Below, one piece after another: positions 53,273 through 64,000 of a stretch of 64,000 nt of DNA (its first letter is position 1; the number at the start of each line of letters is the position of its first letter). The notes beneath the pieces are model-generated. The model saw only the letters and a list, made by a program, of their open reading frames with translations. It made no database searches and had not been told where the DNA came from. Origin of the DNA: Octopus vulgaris (Eukaryota); contig OX597817.1 in NCBI GenBank assembly GCA_951406725.2, forward strand, positions 125,798,001 to 125,862,000, read 5' to 3'. The position numbers and the translations under genes are program-made.

Positions 53273-53504
53273 CCGTCTCTTTAATTTCGACTTAAGAAAT
53301 GGTAACTAATCTCCACATCTTCTGATAACATAGAAATTATTTTAGCCTTATATTGAAGAAATTGAAGGGCAGATTCAACCTTTGCACACATAATCGTTCA
53401 CGATGAATAAAAGTCAATATCCACCTGTCTCTCACAGTGCGTCAGTGATCTGAAATGTTGAATACTTCCCTAAATATTGGAGCAACATACAACGCCACTG
53501 TTCT

Positions 53505-53883
<379 letters not shown>

Positions 53884-54556
53884 ACAGAAAGTTGAGCAGA
53901 GAATCTATATATCAAATTTTACCAAAAGGCTGGCGACATCCACCCAGAGGCTCAAGGTTTGAAAAACTTTACATCATTCTCGATATAATTAAGGAGATCT
54001 TATGCAACCGAAATCCGAGTGTCGTTTTGGTCAGCTGAATGCACTTTTGGCACAAACTTGGCAGACACGTGTCTCATGCCCAAATCTTCAGTGATAATGG
54101 AATGAACTGAACCGTAGCTAATCTCCACATCTTCTGATAACTCACGGATGGTGATTCGATGATTTCCCCTCACAGTTGCACGCACATCTGCGATGTTTTT
54201 CTCAGTTCTGCTGGTTGCGGGTCTCCCAGAACGTTCGTCAATATCGAAATTTTTTTGGCCATCTTGGAAACGGCTTATACACCACTCTGCAGCTCATACA
54301 CTCCTATCCTTACACTTTTTGCAACTTTGCATAGATCTCTCAGCTGGTATCACCATGAAAAATTTTTCTTTCATGATCACTGCGACGATCACACGCTACA
54401 CATCTTCCTTCCAAGCACAGCTGTAGACAACGAAAATAAGCTAGAACGTTAAATCTTAGTGTGCATGCCTAGTATAGTTCAAGGCCAACCTTTGCCAAGC
54501 ATCTTTAGCTTCGTTACTTTAGCAGCAGTCCGGATACTTATTGATCAGACCATGTA
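53884..54556 (-). mobile_element. Mariner 5' half (same family as 13685-14453)
   Basis: RITIRELSEDVEISYGSVHSIITEDLGMRHVSAKFVPK; TIR TACTTATTGATCAGACCATGTA at 54535-54556 matches 14432-14453. Confidence 0.88.
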
Positions 54557-55079
54557 TACATATATATATTACACATACACACACACACACACACATATAC
54601 TTGTTTTTATACAGACATATATTCATATATATATATAGAAACATGCATGTATACGCATATGCCTGTAGGCATGCTAATTTCAATAGCTGCAATTTTGCTA
54701 TCTACACATTTGGGTAATCTATGAATGATAAGGATACTGTGTAGTAATTAGAGAAAGCGCTCATACTTTACAGCTTCAATTTTTAACTATCCTGGTGCTT
54801 TTCGTTTATCGATATAAATATTAAGTTATTAAAGTTATGAAACTTTGCCACAGAAATAACATAAGACAATTTATGGTAATGGACTTGTCAAAATGTAGTT
54901 GAGATGTATAACAACCTTTTCAACTTCCCTAGCTAACTGTCTACATATATCTGCTAAACTGGTTAACTAAATACTAACAGCTGTAAGATGATGTTTACAT
55001 TTAAGCATACCTATGTTACTATATTTGCACATTATATCCATATTCACAAATCCATATGTGCATGCACACATACACACAC

Positions 55080-55142
<63 letters not shown>

Positions 55143-55547
55143 GTGAGTCTAAACACGTATATGTGCGTGTATCTCTCTATCTGTGTTTAGATTCCTTAGT
55201 TTCTACGCTCAACCTTTGCTGAAAGCTAAGGCTGTATAAGCCACACAGATGCTTCTCAGTGCGAAATGATAATCCTACGACAAGCATAGACAAGACATCA
55301 GTACATGCGGAATAACCTTCCAACAAAAGCTCGAAAGCATCATATTAGACAGATGTATGTGTGTATGTATGCACGGGCATGTGTGTGTGTACGTACGCAT
55401 GTCTGATATATGCATATATAATTACACTATAGCCCACACATTATATATTGGGCAATAAAATCATACATGTAAATAAATATGATTATATATAAATTGGTGT
55501 GTGTGTGTATGTATGTATGTATGTATGTATGTATGTATGTATGTATG

Positions 55548-55578
<31 letters not shown>

Positions 55579-55899
55579 GTATGTATATATATATATTTAC
55601 ACGCACACACAATCACACACGCGCTCACAGACACACACAAACATATAGAAATTACACATGTAGGAAAGGAAGGATGTGTGCCAAATAATCGGAAATTTAG
55701 TTTTTCACGATTGCTGGAAAATATCATAAATTCCCTACCAATAATCTTCCTACCAATAGCCGAAACTGCATTTCCTAAATCATTGAAGAGGTTTTGCTGA
55801 ACACCGGGCATATAGGATCTGGTTTATCTTTTTTTATCTTCTATTGGTGTGAACCAAGAGGATGTGCCCACACCGCCCCTTTTGTCGCTATACCTTGCG

Positions 55900-56420
55900 C
55901 ATATTGCTCCTGTAAAGAACACATATAGAACTGAGAATAAAGTACGATGAAAGCGTTTTCAAGTGGAAGCTGTTTCCTGTCAAAGCACAAAGGATCAATA
56001 CACAGCATTTCAAAAAGCAGTATGTGGATGATAATGGTGAATTCAATCATGACTAAATTAAACCTCCAGTCACAACTAAACTGAACCTCTAACAAACGAA
56101 TGTCTCTTGCTGTCTCGACATAATACTAAAGCCCATTTGACACAAACATAATTACGTGCACCAGCCAGGAAATATATCAAAATGGCCATCACCAAGCTGT
56201 CCGTATACCAACCGTGTTTACAGCACGCTTATCCTGATGTGGATTCATTAGTGACATCAGATAAGACGGCTTGAACAGCTCCGACAATGAAAACTTTTTA
56301 CTCTTTAGAAGTATTGGGAAATCTACTGGAACCAAATGATAAACACCTGTGAGTTAGAACATACAGCAATGAAAAGCTACAATGTGATCGTGATTATCAT
56401 TAGGCAACAGTAGCACTGGG
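55900..56420 (-). mobile_element. Possible very old LINE endonuclease-domain fragment
   Basis: RLLE..FSC...NLVMI resembles the APE-domain RLLEFC...L.I.N motif; weak. Confidence 0.3.
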
Positions 56421-56521
56421 CAGGTCATCTTAAAATAGTGGGTAACTATGACAGAACAATATTTTTTTCGAGTACCGGAACAGACGTTGAGAGAAGTCCT
56501 AAAGAAGAAAGAGAAGTTCTA

Positions 56522-56718
56522 AAGAAGAAGAAGAAGAAGAACAACAACAACAACAAGAAAAACAAGAAAAAGAAGAACAAGAAGAACAAGAAGAACAAGA
56601 AAAAGAAGAAGAAGAGGAAGAAGAACAAGAAGAACAAGAAGAAGAAGAAGAAGAAGAAGAAGAAGAAGAAAAAAGAAGAAGAAAAAGAAGTAGGAGGAGA
56701 AGAAGTAGTAGTAGTAGG
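56522..56718. repeat. (AAG)n/(AAC)n compound microsatellite
   Basis: Direct reading; source of the poly-Lys pseudo-ORF. Confidence 0.9.
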
Positions 56719-57207
56719 AGGGATATTAATATTTGATTACTGCTATCATAAATGGAAATGGGCCTTGGCAGAAAATGGGCTTTGTCATTTTCAAACTAGT
56801 AACGGCAAACGTCTAACACAATTAGACACAAGCAGAGACACACGTATACGCACGCAAGCACGCTGCTGCCCTCAGTAAATGCTACAACTTTTATTACGTT
56901 TCGTTCTGTTTTTCTTTCTTCGTTCTTTTTAATAACATGGAGGCAAACAGAACAGTAGATAGTTCCCGCCTGAAGTGGCTATGCATTTGCGACCAAATGT
57001 TTGAGATGTCTTCGATATCAGCCAGTCGGCGTGAAAATGTCTGTAACAGCGTGAGCAGTTTTATAGCATAACCAGTGATACACTACTCGACAATATAAAT
57101 ATATAATAGCTCTACATCTCTTTTAGAATGTGTTTTTCATAGACAATTGTTAATATATACACACTTATATGTCTGTTCGTATGAATATATGCATAGGTAT
57201 TTATATC

Positions 57208-57294
<87 letters not shown>

Positions 57295-57887
57295 TTATGT
57301 ATGTATATATATATATATAGACACGATATGTGTATACATGTCTGCAGGCATGTATAAATGCGCACACAGAGCGGTTAAAAAACGCACGAATACATATGTA
57401 CACATATCACACACACGTACGCACATGCATCGATATACAAAACATTTTCTTACTCTCACGCAATGTATATAAGCGTATGTACAAGTAGGCACCTATAGAT
57501 GTAATCACACATACTTTCTCACTTAGCAAAGCTGGTAATAGATGTGTGTTTGTATTGTATGTACGTAGCATGTGTATATGCTGTGAGAACACAGTAGTAG
57601 TTAGGGTCTTAAAAAATGCATAAGCACCAAATATAGACATGAAAAGATACCATGCAAATAAATATTAATGGTGCTAGACTATTAAACTTTTGTAAAAATC
57701 TTGCTGCAGGAAATACAAAACCTAAAGTTTAATTAGACTTAAAATGGCAGGTTTCCAAAAGAAAATATTTATAAACTTCAGCTATGTATATATGTATATA
57801 TGAATGGATGCTCCCAGTAATGTCAGATACATCCTTGTGTACGTGTGTTTATGTGTGTGTGTATGTATGTATCTACCTATCCATATA

Positions 57888-57920
<33 letters not shown>

Positions 57921-58430
57921 CTCAACACACACACATGCGTGCATGTAGAAAAAATACATATGTAACTGTGCGTGTGGTTTTAAGCATATGTTTATAAGTT
58001 ATCTTAAATTTTTAATTATTTGAATTCTTTCAGGGAGCTGGTTTCCAACAAGGAAACAACGCTATTCCACCGGAATATTGATAACAAGAACAGTGAATGT
58101 ATGTGTATATATGTGGTTAAGTTCTGTTTTTATTTCTCAAATTTCAGTGGAGAATGATCTCGTTTCTAACTAGAAACGAATTTTTTTTTAAAGGATATTA
58201 GAGTATATCAACTGGGTATGTGCGTATGCGTGTGCACATGAATATTGGTTTTCTTTTCTCTTCTTTTCTTATTGTTCGAATTTTCTCACGAAGAAAGTAA
58301 CTGATTTCTTTCAAAGAAACAAATTTCCAACGCTGGAAATTAGAAAACAAGAATAAGTGTTAGTACTTTAGACAAGTCTCGCATATTGTTACGTATCCAT
58401 TTACAGACTGTATCTGGAAAGTGAGTGTTT

Positions 58431-58490
<60 letters not shown>

Positions 58491-59116
58491 AATGTAAGCA
58501 TAAATACGGGTGTTATTGTCATTGTAAACATACATCTGTATATTTTGACATTTGTATGTGTACACATACATATTATTGCATGTTTCTATAAAGTTTTACA
58601 TATAGTCACAGTTCCATAAACGGCATTAGTTTTGTCCATTCTAGTCTGTGAAGCCCAGCATCTTAAGATTGTTGAATCAGTTTGTCTCATATACAAGTTT
58701 GTATGCAGGTATGCATGTATTTATGCATGTAAGTACATATATAAATACGTTTGTACGTGAGAAATCAGAATGCAGATTGTCGAAAGAAACACTGCAAGGC
58801 AGTGACAAGTTGACTCCATTTATATCAATATAAACAGTAACTCTGCCACACGTATTATTGCACAAAATTACAGTGATTGGAGGCTTCAGTATTATTGTAG
58901 AACGTGCTGGCACGAAGTCCTCATCTGCAATCCCATTTTTCAATCCATCTCTCCCCGAATTTGAAACGGTCTTCCCATGGCGTCATACGAATTTGTGTTG
59001 ATCTGTACATTTCTCATTTTTGTTCATGGAAGAAACTTTCTTTTCCATCTAACATTCAAGAATGCTTATTTCTCAGTGTTCTCAATACAAGAATTTAGTC
59101 AATATTTATGAATGTT

Positions 59117-59663
59117 AAGGCGGTGAGCTGGCAGAAACGTTTGCATGCCGGGCGAAATGCTTAGCAGTATTTCGTCTGCCGCTACGTTCTGAGTTCAAAT
59201 TCCGCCGAGGTCGACTTTGCCTTTCATCCTTTCGGGGTCGATTAAATAAGTACCAGTTATGCACTGGGGTCAATATAATCGACTTAAACCATTTGTCTGT
59301 CCTTGTTTGTCTACTCTGTGTTTAGTAAAGAAATAGGGATTTCGCCTGTCGCTACGTTCTGAGTTGAAATTCCGCCGAGGTCGACTTTGCCTTTCACCCT
59401 TTCGGGATCTATTAAATAAGTACCAGCTGCGCACTGAATCGATATAATCGACTTAATCCGTTTGTCTGTCCTTGTTTGTCCTCTCTGTGTTTAGCCCCTT
59501 GTGGGTAGTAAAGAAATGGAAATAGGTGTTTCGTCTGTCTTTTCGTTCCGAGTTCAAATTCCGCCGAGGTCGATAAATTAAATACCACTTGCGTACTGGG
59601 ATTGATCTACTCGACTGGCTCCCTCCCCAAAATTCTGGGCCTTGTTCCTAGAGTAGAAAATAG
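59117..59663 (+). mobile_element. SINE family B with triplicated B-box body
   Basis: GGCGGTGAGCTGGCAGAAACG head; GAGTT(C/G)AAATTCCGCCGAGGTCGA at ~59191, ~59361 and ~59550; flanking direct repeat TATTTATGAA at 59103-59112 and 59664-59673. Confidence 0.9.
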
Positions 59664-60024
59664 TATTTATGAACCTTAGGACTGCACGTATATTAGCTGC
59701 GCACATTTGTCATAATTCATTTGATGTTACTTGACGATTAATTAGGGCTAATTAATTCTTGTTAATAATTATGCTGACTTACATATTTCGTCTTCCGTTT
59801 CTTTTGGCTGTTTTCATAGTAGTAAATACATTAGATTGTTTGCAGCCGGCCTTACGTCGGATATACTTTTCTCATACTTTTGCCGTTGTGTCCTTTTTGG
59901 AAACCAGCTCCTTGAAAGAATTTAAATAATTAAAAATGAAAGATAGCTTATAAACATATGCTTAAAATTACACACACACTTACATATATACTTTCGTACA
60001 TGCACGCATGTGTGCATGTGTGTG

Positions 60025-60082
<58 letters not shown>

Positions 60083-60131
60083 GCGGACAGTGTTCAGTCT
60101 TTCTTAATATGCGGGATCCCCGTGACAAATA

Positions 60132-60348
60132 ATGATTTCTACTACAAGAACAAGGCCTGGATTTTGAGGGAAGGGGCTAGTCGATTACATCGACCCCAGT
60201 GCGTAACAGGTACTTATTTCATAAACCTCGAAAGGATGGAAGGCAAAGTCGACCTCGATGGAATTTGAACTCAGAACGTAAGGACGGGCGAAATGCCGCT
60301 AAGCATCTTGCCTAGCGTGCTAACGACTCTGCCAGCTCGCCGTCTTCA
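60132..60348 (-). mobile_element. SINE family B monomer with 12-bp TSD
   Basis: Minus head GACGGCGAGCTGGCAGAGTCGTTAGC, B box GAGTTCAAATTCC; CCGTGACAAATA at 60120-60131 and 60349-60360. Confidence 0.9.
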
Positions 60349-60692
60349 CCGTGACAAATATTGAATACGAGTTCGAACAGAATTACCATCATTGTTTGAT
60401 CGGGTGACAGAAATGATGCAGCAACTGGCTGTTGCATGTTCGAGTCTTTGCACCAACGGAGATCGACAGACGAACATGGTGTAATTGTATCTTAATGCTG
60501 ATTTTATTCTAAAAGCGAATTGAATGAGTCTCATTGGATCTTGACTGCTTTAACCAACGTCATTTTTTTCAGTGTGATTATTTATTCAATAAGAACTAGA
60601 AAAATATGTATTTATGGCCACGAAAATGCTTTATATGCTCTCAGTGTTTCAATAATCTACTTTAACGTAAACAAAACAACAATTTAAAATAA

Positions 60693-61978
60693 TATCTGGT
60701 CATCTCATAATTTCTGTACAATTTTACCTTTTTAAAAATTGAATGAAATCTAATAGTATTTTAGAATGTCTAATAAAATTAAAAATTATTTTTATGCATT
60801 TATGTATATTGAAACTAATTAAATGTTATTTTACAGAATAATAGAATTAAAATTTCTTTGATTAAAACCCGTTCTAACATGCAAGTATCCAAAGAGCATT
60901 TCAGGCACATAATGCTTTATGAGTACAAAAAAGGAAACTCTGCAGCCGAAGCAACTCGAAACATACACTGAGTTTATAGGAAAGAATGCTTGAATGAAAG
61001 AACTTGCAGAAGATGGCTTGCAAAATTCAGAAGTGGAGATTTCAACCTTAAAGATGAAGATTGAAAAGGACGTCCAGTTGAATTTGATTTTAAGCTACTT
61101 AAAAAAATCCTGCATTATCAGTTGCCGAATTGGCAATAAAACTTAGTTCAAACAATACAACAGTTAATCGTCATCTTCAAAAATTTGGACATGTTCCTAA
61201 ACTTGGAAAATGGGTGCCTCATAAATTGTCCGAAAGCAACCAGAAATCCGAGTTGACATCTGCTCCACTCTCCATTCTCGCGAACTCATTTCACCCTTTT
61301 TGGATAGACGTGTCACTGGCGACGAAAAATGGATCTTCTATCGAAATGTTAAACGTCGTAAACAGTGGCTTGGTAAAGGAGAAAAAGCTCAACCAGTACC
61401 GAGAAGGGAACTTCGTGGGAAAAAGATTCTTCTCTCTATCTGGTGGGATTTCAAAATAGTAATTCACTTTGAATTGTTACTACCTCATGCAACAATCAAT
61501 GCTCATGTGCTCAAGTGTACTGTCAGCAATTAGACCGTTTGAACCAAGCTTTGTCGGAAAAAAGACCCATTTTAGTGAATTGAAAAGGAGTGATTTTTCA
61601 TCAGAACAATATCGCGACCCCACACTGCAACGATCACATCACAGGAGATAGAAGAGCTTGGTTGGGAAAACATTCCTCATCCACCTTATTTTCTCGAACT
61701 TGCTCCTTTAGGCTACCATTTATTTCCTAGTTTACAAAATCATTTGGGGGACATAACTTTTCCAAACCAGGAGGAGGTCGAAACTGATATTTCAGAGTTT
61801 TTCGTTTTGAAACCAAAGGAGTTTACATTGATGGGATTAAAAATCTTGTAAATAGATGGAAGGAAGTCATAGATAATTAGGGAAAGTACATTGATTATTA
61901 AATTTCAATTAAATATAACATTTGATCACTTACTTTCTTTATTCAAAATTCGGACAGAACTTATGGAATGACCCGATA
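60693..61978 (+). mobile_element. Near-full-length (~1.29 kb) mariner transposon; transposase pseudogene 60879-61901
   Basis: Imperfect TIRs TATCTGGTCATCTCATAATTTCTGTAC and CGGACAGAACTTATGGAATGACCCGATA with TA ends; MQVSKEHFRHIMLYEYKKG, GKWVPHKL, VTGDEKWI, ILLSIWWD, PHPPYFLELAPLGYHLF; several stops and frameshifts. Confidence 0.93.
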
Positions 61979-62684
61979 TAATGATAGTGGTTAAAATAAA
62001 AAGAACAAGAATAAAGAAAAAAAAAACGAAAAAAAATAGATGCGTACGAAAGTGACCTGAAATACGACCTTTGTATACCCATGAAATAGTAAGTCTCATT
62101 AATGTCAGCTTCATAGAATATTCATAATTTGATTCTGATCCACAATCTGCATTAAAATAGATATCCCATCCAGATAAAAACAAAAGTTTTGTCTTGCTTC
62201 TAGGATATTTTGCTTCGTTGTAAGATACCTTAGATTTCATGGCTAGGGAAAAAATCTTATTTTCAAAATTTGTTGCTTCTATGTTTGGACAAGTATTGCT
62301 CGTTATTTGAGTGCAATGTACTTGATGTTTATTTGTTTTCTACCATAGAATCTTGGATGCTGACGTTGAGAGCGATACGCTGAGATAGGTGGAAACATGT
62401 TTAAGTTGTTCTTAAACCATCCATTGTACTGATAACAGGAGTTGGAATTCGCATGCCCGAATCTAGAATGAATCATTGCAAGCAAGTACAGGTGGAGTCC
62501 AAGTTATATCTTGATATCGCTAGTGATAACAATACTCAAGATATATAACAGACTGGAATCGTAGGCACGTCTCTTGTAATTTCGATCAATTGGATCTTGT
62601 CCTCCTTCTTGTATAGAAGTTTACGGCTGCAGCGAAATCCATTTTTGGACTCTCTTCTATCGAAGGCATTTTAACAAAAATGCT

Positions 62685-63383
62685 TCCGTAACGACGGTGA
62701 AAATATTGTCAATTTCCCCAAACGGGGACACAATTTATTTTTTAAACAATAACTAAAGTCCCTTCTCCGAAAGGGGGAGGGTTACGGTTTACAATTATTT
62801 AACAAATGCAACACAACAACGTTTCCCTGACGTGGAACCAACAAATAGTCAAACAGTAATAATAATAACAACAAACCTTTTTAATTTATCCCCATTTATG
62901 TGAAACCACTTATTTAAGTTCAAGCCATTGATGCAATTTTATACGAGTTGCTAATACATGCACACACACATATTAAGGGTGAAAAATTGAATATTAATTT
63001 GATTAATATGAATTGAAAACCAGTGGTGTAGCATATAAGACCATAGCGGAATGGCAAAATGGATGACCACTGTTAATGGTTTATCCCTGTTATATAATAC
63101 ATTCACTTTAATAGTTTCAGTATTAAAGTGAATGTCTGCATTACAATAGAGAGATGTTTTTGTTTCACTTTTTAACACGTAATACTGAAATAGTGGAGAA
63201 GATATGATATTGCTGTGAGGTCACCCTAGGGAAAAAGTTATAATTTTTTGCCGATGACACTTCCCGGACCTTAAATAAGGCATGTGTAAAATGTGAATGA
63301 AATTGGTTGTGTAGTTCTCAAGTTATAGGGAAACAAACAGACAGACAGACATACATATATTCTCAGTTTTATATATATAGAAA
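62685..63383 (-). mobile_element. Non-autonomous Helitron-type element
   Basis: Shares AGAGATGTT.TTGTTTCACTTTT.ACACGTAATAC and GCATGTGT.AAA.TGAATGAAAT.GGTTG.GTAGTTCT blocks, (CAGA)n and a TATATATAGA end with 46159-46483. Confidence 0.6.
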
Positions 63384-63385
63384 TA

Positions 63386-63515
63386 ATGTGTATGTGTGTG
63401 TCTTTGTGTCTGTGTTTGTTCCCACTCCCGAGAACCAGTGTTGGTGTTTTTACATGCCTCTAAATTAGCGTTTCGGCAAAAGAGCCAATAGAATAATTAC
63501 TAGTCTTAAAAAAAT
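63386..63515 (+). mobile_element. SINE family A fragment
   Basis: TGTGTCTTTGTGTCTGTGTTTG...TTAGCG.TTCGGCAAAAGAG..ATAGAATAA.TACTAG. Confidence 0.75.
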
Positions 63516-64000
63516 TCATTCCGGCTTTAACTCTGTAGTTTAGTTTATTAAGCTTATCAACGCATATCGGATATATTTATAGTTGCTGTTATGTTACAAT
63601 GATATACGGCATTGAGCTGACAGATTCATTAATATGGTGAGAAAATGGTTTAGCTATGAATAAGAAACATATGAAAGATATAATCCTAAAAAAAACCTGT
63701 TTCGTACAATGTGCTTTCATATTAATGCGTCAATCTCCTAACATGTGCAGCTTAGCTTACGAGTACTATAGACTAATGTAAAGTAAAATTCAATTAATCT
63801 AATAACAAGAGATACCATTGTAGAAGTAAACAGCCGAGACTCTTGCTGTAATTGCAAAATATTTGTACAGCAAATGTTTTGAATTACCGAATATCTGATG
63901 CTCAGACTAAATTTTTCACTTCATTTTTGTATTTCTCTCACAAACCCAGCTATAGAATAGAGTATGCATGCTGAAAAACCTATGCAATATCATGAATACT

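Noticed and set aside
56438-56878. 146-aa Lys-rich ORF
   Set aside because: Driven by an (AAG/AAC)n microsatellite

Overview
Eukaryotic, AT-rich, repeat-saturated intronic or intergenic DNA. The SINE families and dense microsatellites suggest a cephalopod, probably Octopus (inference). I can support no intact host gene, rRNA, true tRNA gene or CRISPR array; most ORFs in the track are microsatellite read-through or decayed transposon frames. The window holds three tRNA-derived SINE families; decayed Tc1/mariner transposons (one near-full-length mariner at 60.7-62.0 kb); R4/Dong-type LINE pieces in (AAT)n arrays; two Tx1/L1-type LINEs; RTE and CR1 fragments; a decayed Penelope-like element (RT + GIY-YIG, 39.9-41.3 kb); and Helitron-type non-autonomous elements. 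The most notable structure is at 44.5-49.7 kb. It contains a ~3 kb head-to-head array of ~485-bp units, each carrying a minimal type I hammerhead-ribozyme motif with a palindromic stem III (5 copies), plus three long fold-back palindromes. A second hammerhead family has two copies (1.66 kb and 49.6 kb) whose stem I differs in sequence but stays paired. All alignments and translations were done by eye, so boundaries are approximate.
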